64,000 bases of DNA from Candidatus Lloydbacteria bacterium (GCA_043719805.1 JAYSTI010000055.1:2760-66759), one strand, 5' to 3'; counted from the stretch's first letter, positions 18,370 through 29,346 are shown. Made by a program: numbers and translations. The notes: generated from the letters alone by a model not told the origin.

Positions 18370-19641
18370 CTACAACTTAAGGAGCTCAAGGAACTTTTTG
18401 TCCTCCTTCCATGGACCGATAAGCGCCAGGTTTAGATGTTCGGTCACAAATATCTCTTTTGCCACGCGCAAGATATCTTTTGCGGTTACCTTGCGTATTT
18501 GCACCACCAAATCCTCGGGGGTGTTCATCTTATTGCGCAATATCTCCTGAAAACCAAAGAATTCAGCAATTTCATCCGAGGATTCGAGTCCGAGCATAAG
18601 CCTCCCTGCCATCATGTCCTTTGCTTTTTGTAGCTCAATCTCAGGTACGAGGTCGGTCTTCAGACGCTTCAGCTCGGCAATTATTGCCGCGACGGCCTCA
18701 AGTGCGCGCTCGTTGACCACGCCGGCGGAAGCCGCGAACATTCCGTGGTCGGTAAATGAATCGTTCGCTGCGCGAACATAATAACCCAGGCCCATCTCCG
18801 TGCGCACTTTTTGAAAGAGGCGCGAGCTCATTCCCCCACCCAGCACTGCGCTCATCACCCCGAGGATGGGATATGATTTATGCATCAGCGAAAAACTCCG
18901 AACACCGACAATGAGATGCGTCTGGTCAGACTCTTTATATTTCACGAGTACGGCGGGTTGTGATTGCGTATCTACGACCGGAAGTTTTGAATATTTCTTC
19001 ACCTTCTTAAGACTCGCAAAATGCTTCTTAATGGACGACTCTACTTTTTTCACATTAAATTTTCCCGTAACAACAAGCATCGTTGCGGACGGGACGTAGT
19101 GCATCGTACGGTACGCAACAAAATCCGCACGCGTGAATGTCTTGACCAACTCTTTGGGGCCAGCTATTTCCCAGCCGGCCGGCTGATCGCCGTATGCCAA
19201 TGACATGAAGAGGTCGCCCACCTTTCGCATCGGCATGTCCTCATACATATCTATCTCACCGATGATTGCACCACGCTCCTGTTCGATGTCCTCTTCTCTG
19301 AGGAGTGAATTGCAATATACATCGGAAATGAGGTCGAGCGCATTGGGAAGGTGGTCGGCGGCGACCTTTACGTAGTAGCCCGTATATTCATGTCCCGTAA
19401 ATGCATTGTATTCAGCACCCATGCCGTCGAGCTCGTGGCTGATGATGAGCTGATTGGGACGATTCGAAGTTCCCTTGAAGCACATATGCTCCAGAAAATG
19501 CGAAATGCCATTCTTCTCTTTCGTCTCATATTTTGAGCCGGTTTCCACCAACACAAGCGCGGTGGCAGTGCGTTGGTCATTCATCGGCACCAGAAGTAAC
19601 TTCATTCCGTTGGCGAGTTTTTTTATCGTTGGTTTTTTCAT
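18370..19641 (-). CDS. M16 family zinc peptidase
   Basis: GISHFLEHMCFKGT inverted HxxEH; GGGMSSRLF; start re-called 19641. Confidence 0.95.
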   Translation of the reverse strand: MKKPTIKKLANGMKLLLVPMNDQRTATALVLVETGSKYETKEKNGISHFLEHMCFKGTSNRPNQLIISHELDGMGAEYNAFTGHEYTGYYVKVAADHLPNALDLISDVYCNSLLREEDIEQERGAIIGEIDMYEDMPMRKVGDLFMSLAYGDQPAGWEIAGPKELVKTFTRADFVAYRTMHYVPSATMLVVTGKFNVKKVESSIKKHFASLKKVKKYSKLPVVDTQSQPAVLVKYKESDQTHLIVGVRSFSLMHKSYPILGVMSAVLGGGMSSRLFQKVRTEMGLGYYVRAANDSFTDHGMFAASAGVVNERALEAVAAIIAELKRLKTDLVPEIELQKAKDMMAGRLMLGLESSDEIAEFFGFQEILRNKMNTPEDLVVQIRKVTAKDILRVAKEIFVTEHLNLALIGPWKEDKKFLELLKL

Positions 19642-19668
19642 AGCGAAATTATAACATGCGAACATCCG

Positions 19669-20889
19669 TTACTGTGGCCGTCGATATATGAGTCTAGCTC
19701 CCACGAAAAGGAGTACCGAGGAAATCGCAATGACAGCAAAGCTCATTCGGACGGCGATCTCCCCTTCACCAACGACGTACACGAGGAGTGCAAAAGCACC
19801 AAGCGCGGCCACCCTCCAAACACCAAATGCCATGTCGCGGAGTATCATCGTCGGAAAAAAGTCTCTTCCCTCTTTTCCCAACGTCTCCATTGTCTCAAGG
19901 TCGATGACGTGCGCGGAAACCCTTGATAGCGGACTCACCACAACAGAGAGGAGCGAAAAAATAATGAACGCGGTGAGATCAAAGCGCAGCGCCATGAACG
20001 ATGCAATGAGCGCAGATGCAAGTGTCGTCCAAAATAAAAATTTCATACGAGAACCTCCGTGACGATATTTCGAAAGTGCCAAAAGCGCCCCAACCGATAG
20101 CGCAGCAAAAACGGTACTGTACAAGCCGACATGCTTTGCACTTCCGAGAAAGATGATAGCGGCGAGTGGCAACGCAACTCGTGAAAAAGCAAAATTTGCT
20201 GAACCTGCAAAAAGATATATTTGTGCATGTCGATTTCTGCGGTCATGGAAAAAATGTTTCAAATCTCCGCGGTCCATCGGCTCCGGCCGATAAGAGCGAA
20301 TATTGCGGAAAAGCGGGATGCCGGAAAGATAGATGAGGGGTGACACCGCAAAGAGCAAGGTGTACGTTCCGACATTGAATACGTCATCAGAAAGATAAAA
20401 CAAAGCCGTTGCGAATGCCGGTGCTGCAAGATTGATGACCTGGTCACCGGCGGAAAGCACGGAAGAATAATAATCGCGTTCGTGATTGATTGTCTCCGTC
20501 AGCTCGAAAGTATGCAAGGTCAGCCAATACAAACCGAGCCCGAAGCCGTTCGTGAACATAAACATGAGCGCATCCATCGTCGTCACGTTGCCGTAGAGGA
20601 ACAGAAAACTCGCACAGAGTGCGACAAAGGCTGCAACATACCCCCACTTCATGTTGAGGCGATACCAGGACGCGACGGCACCGACCAAGCTAAAACCGAG
20701 CGCGCAGCCGGTGAAATAAAACATCAGTCCGATGACATTGAAGGTTACACTACCAAAACGCTGATAGAGGTATATCTGCACGAACATACCAGTAAGTGAG
20801 CCGACGAATCCGTAGGTCCAATGGAGATAGACCATTGCGCGTACGGCGGGACGCAGGGCACGAAAGTGGCTAATCGTTGTCCTCAGCAT
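19669..20889 (-). CDS. MFS-type transporter
   Basis: About 12 hydrophobic segments over 406 aa. Confidence 0.7.
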   Translation of the reverse strand: MLRTTISHFRALRPAVRAMVYLHWTYGFVGSLTGMFVQIYLYQRFGSVTFNVIGLMFYFTGCALGFSLVGAVASWYRLNMKWGYVAAFVALCASFLFLYGNVTTMDALMFMFTNGFGLGLYWLTLHTFELTETINHERDYYSSVLSAGDQVINLAAPAFATALFYLSDDVFNVGTYTLLFAVSPLIYLSGIPLFRNIRSYRPEPMDRGDLKHFFHDRRNRHAQIYLFAGSANFAFSRVALPLAAIIFLGSAKHVGLYSTVFAALSVGALLALSKYRHGGSRMKFLFWTTLASALIASFMALRFDLTAFIIFSLLSVVVSPLSRVSAHVIDLETMETLGKEGRDFFPTMILRDMAFGVWRVAALGAFALLVYVVGEGEIAVRMSFAVIAISSVLLFVGARLIYRRPQ

Positions 20890-20932
20890 GCGCCCATATT
20901 AACACAAACGACCCGTTTGGGCCGTGCAGTGT

Positions 20933-22276
20933 TTATCCGCGGAATTTTTGCAAAAGGTCTGCAATGGCGATGCGTTCCTGGGTTCCGGTATCACGATTGC
21001 GGAGTGTCACGGTGTTGAGCAATGCGGGATTCTCTCCGAGGGTGTCGAAGTCGATGGTCACGCACCATGGAGTCCCTATTTCGTCCTGCCTGCGATAGCG
21101 CTTGCCGATGTTGCCGTTGTCATCAAAGCTCACACGACCGAGAGCCTTCTTGAGCTCCGCATATACTTCGCGAGCCTTGGCGACGAGTTCCGGTTTATTT
21201 TTGAGCAATGGAAATACTGCGGCGAGCACGGGGGCGACATCGGCATTCAACTTGAGGTACACGCGCTTTTCGCCTCCCATCTCGTCCTCGGTGTATGCCT
21301 CACTTAAGACAGCGAGTATCGTACGCCCGACGCCGAGTGACGGCTCAATGACGTGTGGCAAAAACTTTTCCTTCTTTTCTTCATCAAAATATTCTAAGTT
21401 CTGCTTACTCCCCTCCTGATGACTGCGGAGGTCGAAATCGGTACGATAGGCGAGACCGTAAAGTTCTTTGCGTCCGAACGGAAAATCATATTCGAAATCA
21501 ACCGTCCGCTCTGAATAATGCGCTCGGTCGCCATCGGCGACTTCAAGCTCGTACACGTGGCCTTTGTCGATTCCCAGTGCTTCGATAAATTTCCACATCT
21601 CCAGTCGCCATGTCTCAAAATGTTCCTTCCAAGTATCGGGGTGCACAAAATATTCAACTTCCATCTGCTCTAGCTCGCGCACACGAAAAATAAAATCACG
21701 CGGAGCAATCTCATTCCTAAATGCTTTCCCTATCTGGCCAAGGCCGAACGGAAGTTTCGGATGAAATGAATCAACAACATTCTTATAATTCACGAACATC
21801 CCACCGGCAGTTTCAGGACGGAGATACGTCACACTGCCCTCACCCTCAGTTGCGCCGACGTTCGTCTTAAACATCATGTTGAACTGACGTTCTTCGCCGA
21901 GTGCGCCACCGCATTCCGGACATTTTGCCTTATCGGCAAGATGGTCTGCGCGGAATCGTTTTTTGCATTTCGTACACTCAACCAGCGGGTCAGAAAATCC
22001 TCCGACATGCCCGGATGTGACCCAAGCCTGTGGATTCATCAGGATTGCCGCATCGATTCCGTACATGTCCTCACGGTCGTCGACGAACATCTTCCACCAC
22101 AAATTTTCGATATTCTTTTTGAGTGTCACGCCTAACGGGCCGTAGTCCCATGTTCCCGCGAGCCCACCGTAAATCTCCGAGCCTTGATAGACAAAACCGC
22201 GGCGTTTGCAAAGTGCGATGATTGCCTCCATTTTTTCATTTGGCTGACTCTTTGGTTGTTTTTTTTCTTCAGACAT
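20933..22276 (-). CDS. glyQS: Glycyl-tRNA synthetase, alpha2 type
   Basis: CKRRGFVYQGSEIYGG, YLRPETA, GKAFRNEI, IGKRYRRQDEIGTP. Confidence 0.97.
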   Translation of the reverse strand: MSEEKKQPKSQPNEKMEAIIALCKRRGFVYQGSEIYGGLAGTWDYGPLGVTLKKNIENLWWKMFVDDREDMYGIDAAILMNPQAWVTSGHVGGFSDPLVECTKCKKRFRADHLADKAKCPECGGALGEERQFNMMFKTNVGATEGEGSVTYLRPETAGGMFVNYKNVVDSFHPKLPFGLGQIGKAFRNEIAPRDFIFRVRELEQMEVEYFVHPDTWKEHFETWRLEMWKFIEALGIDKGHVYELEVADGDRAHYSERTVDFEYDFPFGRKELYGLAYRTDFDLRSHQEGSKQNLEYFDEEKKEKFLPHVIEPSLGVGRTILAVLSEAYTEDEMGGEKRVYLKLNADVAPVLAAVFPLLKNKPELVAKAREVYAELKKALGRVSFDDNGNIGKRYRRQDEIGTPWCVTIDFDTLGENPALLNTVTLRNRDTGTQERIAIADLLQKFRG

Positions 22277-22302
22277 ATTTTTCTATCCTACAGGAGCAGT
22301 GG

Positions 22303-24237
22303 CTACTCGACAACCGAACCGGCAAACATCGGCGCCCTCGGATCGGTGGAGAGCTCTGTCGTCACATCCTTGGCAGCTTTCATTATCGTCGCATTTGTGA
22401 AGGAATCAAGCGCAGTAAACTCTATGCCACTCACAATTACCGGCGTTTTTGCGACCTGCGATAGACTCGGCATGAGGAGCACCTGGAAAGCGACCTCGCG
22501 TGGGGGCTTTGCAATACCCGTCCCCGCCGGAATGCTCCCGGGAACCCACACAACTTCGTTTGTTGTCGGATTGTAAGATATGTTTTCCGACGCCGGGAAT
22601 GCCGCACCGTACCACTTCACGTAAGAAGGAAGAATTCCTCGGACGCGTCCGTCTACGATATTATTTGAGGTGTTCACGATGCTCCAAATGATTGTGTAGG
22701 TCGTTTCCCGTTCCACCTTTGGTGGAATTGGCCCTGAGTTGGCAAATGGGCCGTCATAATACACCCCGCGCGCCACAAACTGTGCCTCCGATGACATGCG
22801 TACTGTTTGCGACAAGACAGTCTTTATTTCTTCAGGAACCTTTGTCGGATCATCGGACGGACGTTTTCCGCGCACCGTCACCTCGGCGGTAATTTCAGGG
22901 TTTGTAATTACTTTATTGCCGGATACTGCCGGAAGCGGGCTGAGCAAAAATGTCACCGTGCCGGACTCCCCGGATTCCAGAACGGACAAGGACGTGTCTC
23001 CGCGTTCATCCCAAAAAACGGTGTTATCAATGGAACGATAAAATCCTCCTTTTGTCGCACCAATTGACGAGCGGTCAAGCACCGTTCCACGAAGTTTTAC
23101 TTCAATCTGCGCATTGGTGATTCTTGTCGGCAAGTTGTTCCGCCACGTAATAACTCCGTCGATGCGCTGGCCGTATGCAGCGATCGCCTCACCGGCAGGC
23201 TTACCATTTATCAAAAGTGAAATGCCGATAAACGGGCGCTTCACGGTGATACCAGAAACGACTTTTCCGTAAAATGCCGATATTTCGCGCTCAGTCTTGT
23301 CGCTCCCAACTCCAATATTTGTGTGAAACACTTTCTGCTGCGTATCAGACCCCTCAAGAATTCCATGAAGCGCAACGTTAAATTCCCCCGTCGGACTAAG
23401 TGTGCCGACGCGCCAAATATTATTTCCAAAGGTTGGCTTTGGGTCGGCGCTAGTGAAGGTAAATCCTTGCGGGTATTCAACGGTAATAAAAACATCGCGT
23501 AGCGGCATAACGGTATTAGAAATAGCACTAATCGACAGATCAAGGCGTTGCCCGGCGTTTATTTCTTTGAGCGTAGTCACAACAAGGTTTATTGGCGCAG
23601 CAAGCAGTCGTACGGGGCGCAGCTCTTCTTTTGTGAGAATGGAGCTGACTCCCTCAAAACGATACTCAAGTACTGCGCGAATATCTTTTTCTTCATTTTC
23701 CTCGCCAAGAAAAATTGCTTTTCCGCGAAACTCCACCGATTCTCCAGACTTAATTGTCCCAAGAACCTTCTTTTGGTCATGCATATCCTTATCGGGATTG
23801 TTGCCGTCGCGCGTTCCGGACGGATAAAGAATGGCGAGATTGGCGTATTCGAGTCCGACGCGATTTTGATTAGTGATATGTACCACAATATCCGCAGGCG
23901 CTCCGGGGGCAACTCCAACCGGTGTATCGAAGGTAATAAAAATATTCTTGTCTGAAAGCTGACGAAGCGGATCAAAATATTGATACAGGAGGTAAAGGAC
24001 GGAAGAGGCGGTAGTAAGCACTGCGAGTGCGACAATTACCTTCAAAAACGTATCAACGCGAGGTCTATGCGTGCGCTCTTTCCTCTCGGTTATAATTTCG
24101 GTGTCGCCCCAGTCATTTTCCACATCGACGCGTGAAGGGGAAAGTTCCGCAAATTTTTCGCTCGCCTTCTCTTCTCCCGGTTTGTACAACCCGCGCTTCA
24201 GGCGTTCCAGGTGGCTTTTGTCATACTCAGTATCCAT
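22303..24237 (-). CDS. CPR-typical membrane-anchored multi-Ig-like (DUF11-like) protein
   Basis: Single TM then beta-rich repeats; NSGPIPPKVERETTYTIIW; start re-called 24237. Confidence 0.7.
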   Translation of the reverse strand: MDTEYDKSHLERLKRGLYKPGEEKASEKFAELSPSRVDVENDWGDTEIITERKERTHRPRVDTFLKVIVALAVLTTASSVLYLLYQYFDPLRQLSDKNIFITFDTPVGVAPGAPADIVVHITNQNRVGLEYANLAILYPSGTRDGNNPDKDMHDQKKVLGTIKSGESVEFRGKAIFLGEENEEKDIRAVLEYRFEGVSSILTKEELRPVRLLAAPINLVVTTLKEINAGQRLDLSISAISNTVMPLRDVFITVEYPQGFTFTSADPKPTFGNNIWRVGTLSPTGEFNVALHGILEGSDTQQKVFHTNIGVGSDKTEREISAFYGKVVSGITVKRPFIGISLLINGKPAGEAIAAYGQRIDGVITWRNNLPTRITNAQIEVKLRGTVLDRSSIGATKGGFYRSIDNTVFWDERGDTSLSVLESGESGTVTFLLSPLPAVSGNKVITNPEITAEVTVRGKRPSDDPTKVPEEIKTVLSQTVRMSSEAQFVARGVYYDGPFANSGPIPPKVERETTYTIIWSIVNTSNNIVDGRVRGILPSYVKWYGAAFPASENISYNPTTNEVVWVPGSIPAGTGIAKPPREVAFQVLLMPSLSQVAKTPVIVSGIEFTALDSFTNATIMKAAKDVTTELSTDPRAPMFAGSVVE

Positions 24238-24292
24238 GCTTAAAAAATTATACCACGTGCGGCAAAAGATGTTGAATAGGCAGGAGCGAAAA

Positions 24293-24880
24293 CTATAATT
24301 GTGTTGAGTCGAGCGCACGATTCACTCCGGCTACTATTTCACTCCGCAGCGGACGAATCTTTTCGAGGTCATCCGCAGAAAATGTCACTCCGGCGAATAC
24401 GGGAACGAGTTCTTTTTGCTCGCCCCAGTAACCGAGCGCGTCGAGTAATCGCACAACAAGTAGTAATTCTGCGTCCTTCTGTGATTCACGGTCGAAGACG
24501 GTCGAAAGTAGTGTAAGCCCTTTTAAGAGGTCATCGAACAGCAACTCGTGACGCTCTTCTCCTTGAATAAGGCGCCGCGCAAGGTGAAGGTGCTCCGCCG
24601 CAATACGACGCCTCCCTACGTCCGACCAGAGGTGGCGAAACGAGGAAATCGGTGTTGCGGAAATAAGTTTCCACCCGTATTTTCCGCGAATAAGGTCGAC
24701 CTGTGCATGGGAAAATAATTGCAGTGCATAACGAAGCCGAGAGCGCGACTCACGTATACTCCGCGCATGTGCGACCACGAACCCAAGGTCGCGGGTATAG
24801 CAATACAGCAGGCTGTCTCCCTCGCCGTGTGGGCGCGTGCCAAGGATTATCGCTTCGGTGTGGTAGATATGGTGGGACAC
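24293..24880 (-). CDS. recO: DNA repair protein RecO (short form)
   Basis: YHTEAIIL..GEGD..YTRDLG..ARSIRESRSRLRYALQLF. Confidence 0.88.
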   Translation of the reverse strand: MSHHIYHTEAIILGTRPHGEGDSLLYCYTRDLGFVVAHARSIRESRSRLRYALQLFSHAQVDLIRGKYGWKLISATPISSFRHLWSDVGRRRIAAEHLHLARRLIQGEERHELLFDDLLKGLTLLSTVFDRESQKDAELLLVVRLLDALGYWGEQKELVPVFAGVTFSADDLEKIRPLRSEIVAGVNRALDSTQL

Positions 24881-24949
24881 AAGAAGATTATATCACTGTT
24901 CAGCTGGGTCTTGTTGTACGTCTTCGTCGATTCCCGCACCAAGAATGAC

Positions 24950-27900
24950 CTAGGACTTTGTGATGACGAGTGCATCGCCGGCACTAAAGCTATCGGCGCC
25001 GATGATGGAAGTGGCTTCCGTGCGATATTTTTCGAGGAGGGCAAACTGTTCCTTTGGTGCGGAGACGGTGATGCGGTCGCTCGGATTGAGGCCGGCCTTC
25101 TTGCGCATGTCCTGAATGGTGCGGACGAGGTCACGGAGCTGGCCCTCTTCTTTGAGTTCCGGCGTAAGCGCAATATTGAGCGACACGAGCAATCCCGCAT
25201 TTTCACTTAATTTATGCTCACTGTTGTTTTCGGCGGTCACACGAATCTCTTCGTCAAAGATGACCTGCTTTACGTTCACTTCGTCACGGATGATGCCGAG
25301 CATTTCATCACTGATGGGTTTTTTGTCTGCAGTCTTGTATGAAAGTTCGGAAAGCGGTTGTCGCACCTTCATCCCGGCCTCGGCGCGAAGCGCGAGTGCA
25401 GCTTCGACAATTTTTCTGGTGGTCTCCATCTCATCAAGAATACTACTCGCGGCAACACCGACATCGGACCAACTTTCAAGATGGATGCTCTCTTTCTTCT
25501 CTTCAATCGTGAGGCGCTGATAGAGGTCCTCGGCAATGAACGGCATGAAGGGTGCAATGAGTTTCGAGAATTGAAGCAATATCCATCCCGTTGTTTCTGC
25601 TGCCGCCGCACGATCATCCGCGTCATCAGATTTAAAGCGGTCGCGGGAGCGGCGCAGGTACCACGTCGAAAGATCATCCAGGAACGGCATGATGGGGCGC
25701 GTAGCACGGTCGAGCTCATGTGTGTCGAGATGATGCGTGACTTCGGCGTGCATTTCAAACCAGCGCGCAACAATCCAACGATCAAGCACATTCCTCGACT
25801 CAGGCTGAAGTCGCGTGATGATGGAATCTTTCGCATACATCTCAAGGAAAGAGCGGACGTTGTCGAGGCGAATGGTGATCTTCTTGTACACCTCATCAAC
25901 GCCGAGCACGGAAAAACGCAATTCTTCGCCTCGTACAATGGGCGAGTTTATCATGTAGAATCGCAGTGCATCTGCGCCGTATTTCTCCGCGACTTCCATC
26001 GGGTCGGGATAATTCTTTAGCCTCTTCGACATCTTTGCCCCATCTTCAGCAAGGATAAGCCCGGTCGTAATGACGCTCTTGAATGCCGCACGATCAAAAA
26101 GTCCGACTGAAAGTATCAGCATCGTGTAGAACCAGCCTCGCGTCTGATCGACCGCCTCGGCAATAAAGTCTGCGGGAAAATTCTTCACGAACATTTTCCC
26201 GTCTGGAGTTGTCTCATCGCCCAAGTAATGAAATTGTGCAAAAGGCATGGAGCCGGACTCAAACCAGCAATCAAAAACTTCCGGGATACGATTCATGGTC
26301 CCTAGCTCGCAAGAGCATTGATAACTCACCTTATCGATATGTGGACGATGATAGTCGAGCTCGTAGCGCTCATTGTGTGGGACGTTCACGAAGGAAAGAG
26401 CACGCACTTCGGCATAATTCACATAATCATCCCCTCCGCGATCGCGCATCTCTGCCGCCTCCTCGTTGGTCGCACCGAGAGCCACGGCCTCCATCATCCA
26501 CGTGCCATACTCATGCGTGACGAGGAGAATATTTTTCCCCTTATACTTCCCTTCAATGTCATAAAGAAATTCAGCAACACGCATGCGCATGTGCTCCATC
26601 GTTTCACCTCCGGGTGGTTCCTTGGTGAACTTCTCAAGCGTGTTCGCAAAGTAGTTACGATACATATCGATATTCTGACCGTTGAAGTCTCCCGTGTTTA
26701 CCTCTGCAATACGCGAATCAACAACAATATCACCCACAGGAATACCGTGGGCCTCCGCGACAATGGCCGCAGTTTCTCTTGTGCGCTGCACGGGCGAAGT
26801 GATGATGAGGTCAAACTTGCGATCTTTCAGCTTCGTTGCAGCAGCCTTCACTTGCGCACGACCCTTTTCAGTCAGATGAATGTCGTCCTCTTCTTTGCAG
26901 CTGATGATGTTCTGCGTATTCGAGTCGGCTTCCCCGTGACGCATGAATGTGTAAGTATTCGCGCTTCCGATGTTTTTTTTAAGGTCGCCCAATGAACCAA
27001 TCACGTCCACTTTGCCGCACTTATTGCATTTCCACACAGGCAAAGGTGCGCCCCAGTAGCGTGAACGTGAGATTGCCCAGTCACGTGCGCCCTCAAGCCA
27101 TTTACCGAAACGTCCGTCGCGAAAATTCTCGGGAATCCAATTGATTTCCTTGTTCTCTTCGATGAGGCGGGGCTTGAGCGCGGTCACATTTACGAACCAC
27201 GACGACGCTGCATAATTTAAAAGCGGGGTATCGCAGCGCCAGCAATGAGGATAAGAGTGGGTAAGATTTTCTTTTGCAAAAAAAGTTCCATGCTCCTGAA
27301 GATACTTGAGCACGGCAATGTCAGTTGTGAGTCGGACTTTGTCGTCGTCGCTTTTTGGTTTGACGTGCATGCCAGCAAAATCTTTTACCTCAGACTTCAT
27401 CGTGCCGTCCATCTTGACGTGCTGAATCATTGGAAGCTTTAATTTTTTCGCAAGCTCCATGTCTTCTTCGCCGAACGCCGGTGCTTCGTGAACAATACCC
27501 GTGCCGCTCTCGACGGTCACAAAGTCTGCGCCGACAACCTTCCATCCGTTCTCACGATTCTCAAGCTTTTCATCGGACGTGTAATAATCAAAAAGCGGTT
27601 TATACGAAAGTCCGATGAACTCCTTGCCCTTTCGCTCCTCCACAACTTCGTGATCTTTGTCTTTGAATACGCGCGTCACAAGATCCTTCGCAACAACGTA
27701 GCGCTTGCCCGAATAGAGCACAATGGCATACACAAACGCCGGATTGACGGCGACGGCAACATTGCCCGGCAATGTCCACGGTGTCGTCGTCCAAGCGATA
27801 AGATGCGTACCCGGCTCTAGGACAAGCTCAAATGTGACGTAGACGGAAATATCTTTGATGTCCTTGTACCCCTGTGAAACCTCAGAAGCGGCGAGTGTTG

Positions 27901-28465
27901 TCTCGCATCGCGGACAAATGTGCATCGATTTGAATCCATCGTAAATCAGTTTTTTGGCGTGAAGTGTTTTGAACGCCCACCAGACACTCTCGGTGTACGA
28001 GGAGTCCATTGTTTTGTATGCATGCTCCATGTCCACGAAGCGCCCCATGCGCGGGACAATACTTTTCCACTCTTTGTCATACGTCATGACACTTTCTTTT
28101 GCCTTCTGATTGAATGCGCCGATGCCGTAGGCCTCGATATCACTCTTTTGTTTTAGTCCCAACTCTTTCTCAACGAGATTCTCAATCGGCAACCCATGGC
28201 AGTCCCACCCCCACTCTCGGCGTACGTAGCGACCGCGCATCGTCTGATAACGCGGAATGAGGTCTTTGATGGTTCCCTGGAGGAGATGCCCGTGGTGAGG
28301 GAGCCCTGTCGCGAACGGAGGTCCGTCATAAAAAACGTAGGATTCTTTCCCTTCGTTCTGCTTCAGTGACTTCTCAAAGATATTCCGCTCTTTCCAAAGT
28401 GCGAGGACGGCCTTCTCGCGTTCACTGATCGATTGTTTCTTGTCATTTATCGGCGTTTCATCCAT
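24950..28465 (-). CDS. ileS: Isoleucyl-tRNA synthetase with inserted histidine-phosphatase domain
   Basis: DGPPFATGLPHHGH, GWDCHGLP, WTTTPWTLP, KMSKRLKN; insert FMRHGEADSN..LTEKGRAQ..TSPVQRTRETA..LLVTH. Confidence 0.96.
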   Translation of the reverse strand: MDETPINDKKQSISEREKAVLALWKERNIFEKSLKQNEGKESYVFYDGPPFATGLPHHGHLLQGTIKDLIPRYQTMRGRYVRREWGWDCHGLPIENLVEKELGLKQKSDIEAYGIGAFNQKAKESVMTYDKEWKSIVPRMGRFVDMEHAYKTMDSSYTESVWWAFKTLHAKKLIYDGFKSMHICPRCETTLAASEVSQGYKDIKDISVYVTFELVLEPGTHLIAWTTTPWTLPGNVAVAVNPAFVYAIVLYSGKRYVVAKDLVTRVFKDKDHEVVEERKGKEFIGLSYKPLFDYYTSDEKLENRENGWKVVGADFVTVESGTGIVHEAPAFGEEDMELAKKLKLPMIQHVKMDGTMKSEVKDFAGMHVKPKSDDDKVRLTTDIAVLKYLQEHGTFFAKENLTHSYPHCWRCDTPLLNYAASSWFVNVTALKPRLIEENKEINWIPENFRDGRFGKWLEGARDWAISRSRYWGAPLPVWKCNKCGKVDVIGSLGDLKKNIGSANTYTFMRHGEADSNTQNIISCKEEDDIHLTEKGRAQVKAAATKLKDRKFDLIITSPVQRTRETAAIVAEAHGIPVGDIVVDSRIAEVNTGDFNGQNIDMYRNYFANTLEKFTKEPPGGETMEHMRMRVAEFLYDIEGKYKGKNILLVTHEYGTWMMEAVALGATNEEAAEMRDRGGDDYVNYAEVRALSFVNVPHNERYELDYHRPHIDKVSYQCSCELGTMNRIPEVFDCWFESGSMPFAQFHYLGDETTPDGKMFVKNFPADFIAEAVDQTRGWFYTMLILSVGLFDRAAFKSVITTGLILAEDGAKMSKRLKNYPDPMEVAEKYGADALRFYMINSPIVRGEELRFSVLGVDEVYKKITIRLDNVRSFLEMYAKDSIITRLQPESRNVLDRWIVARWFEMHAEVTHHLDTHELDRATRPIMPFLDDLSTWYLRRSRDRFKSDDADDRAAAAETTGWILLQFSKLIAPFMPFIAEDLYQRLTIEEKKESIHLESWSDVGVAASSILDEMETTRKIVEAALALRAEAGMKVRQPLSELSYKTADKKPISDEMLGIIRDEVNVKQVIFDEEIRVTAENNSEHKLSENAGLLVSLNIALTPELKEEGQLRDLVRTIQDMRKKAGLNPSDRITVSAPKEQFALLEKYRTEATSIIGADSFSAGDALVITKS

Positions 28466-28550
28466 AGATAGGGATTATACTATATGTTTTTCCGCTTTGG
28501 AGCAAAAAACAGCAAAAATACGCGCAACATGATGTTGCGCGTATGCATGA

Positions 28551-28889
28551 CTAGCTCTTTGGTATTGCGGCACTTTCTCCGCAACCGCACAGATGCGCAC
28601 CATTCGGGACGACGATGACCTTCTTGGAAGCAAATGCGCCCCCACCGGAATGAATGAGCTCGACTGACGCGTGCTCAAATTCAGGACAGAGTAGGAAGTC
28701 ACACAGAAGCGACATCCCAAAACCCTCTACAAGCGTGTCGCCGGGACCCTGCATGCCGCCCGGAAGAAATTGTGAGGCGATGTCGCCGCAGCCCGCCCGC
28801 ATGTCTTTCACGAGGCGTAGTGGCATCTGATCCTTCGGGACCCGCATCAGAATGTATCGCGCTGCATCTTCCGTGATGAGTAGACTCAT
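28551..28889 (-). CDS. Divergent A-type Fe-S carrier (HesB/IscA-like), SD-led
   Basis: MSLLITEDAARYI..LRL..AGCG..PNGAHLCGCGES; AAGGAG before ATG 28889. Confidence 0.7.
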   Translation of the reverse strand: MSLLITEDAARYILMRVPKDQMPLRLVKDMRAGCGDIASQFLPGGMQGPGDTLVEGFGMSLLCDFLLCPEFEHASVELIHSGGGAFASKKVIVVPNGAHLCGCGESAAIPKS

Positions 28890-28914
28890 GATGACTCCTT
28901 CTGTGTTTGCAATA

Positions 28915-29256
28915 TCAGACGCTGAAACTCGAACCGCAGCCGCAAGTCGAGGCAGCATTGGGATTCGTGATAACGAAGCGCGCATCGAGAAATTCGTCCC
29001 GGTAATCTACCGTCGCACCGTCAAGATACTGCGCACTCATCACATCAATGAGCAAAGTGATGCCGTCTTTTTCGACGAGAACATCGTCGTCGTTCGCGAA
29101 ATCATCAAAGGCAAATCCATATTGAAACCCGGAGCATCCCCCACCGGAGACATAGACACGCAACTTCAGGTTTGGCGTTCCGTCTTCAGCGATCATGTCC
29201 TTCACCTTCGAGAGAGCAGCGTCAGTGAGCGTCACCATCGGCATTGGTCCGTTCAT
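28915..29256 (-). CDS. erpA: Fe-S cluster insertion protein ErpA (SD-led)
   Basis: [35 protein letters not shown]. Confidence 0.92.
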   Translation of the reverse strand: MNGPMPMVTLTDAALSKVKDMIAEDGTPNLKLRVYVSGGGCSGFQYGFAFDDFANDDDVLVEKDGITLLIDVMSAQYLDGATVDYRDEFLDARFVITNPNAASTCGCGSSFSV

Positions 29257-29346
29257 GTGTATCATCCTTTTGTACAGAAAACTCTCTCGCTATTCTACGC
29301 ACAACCCCGCAAAAAGAAAACCCCGCGTTCAGGCGGGGCGTATCGG

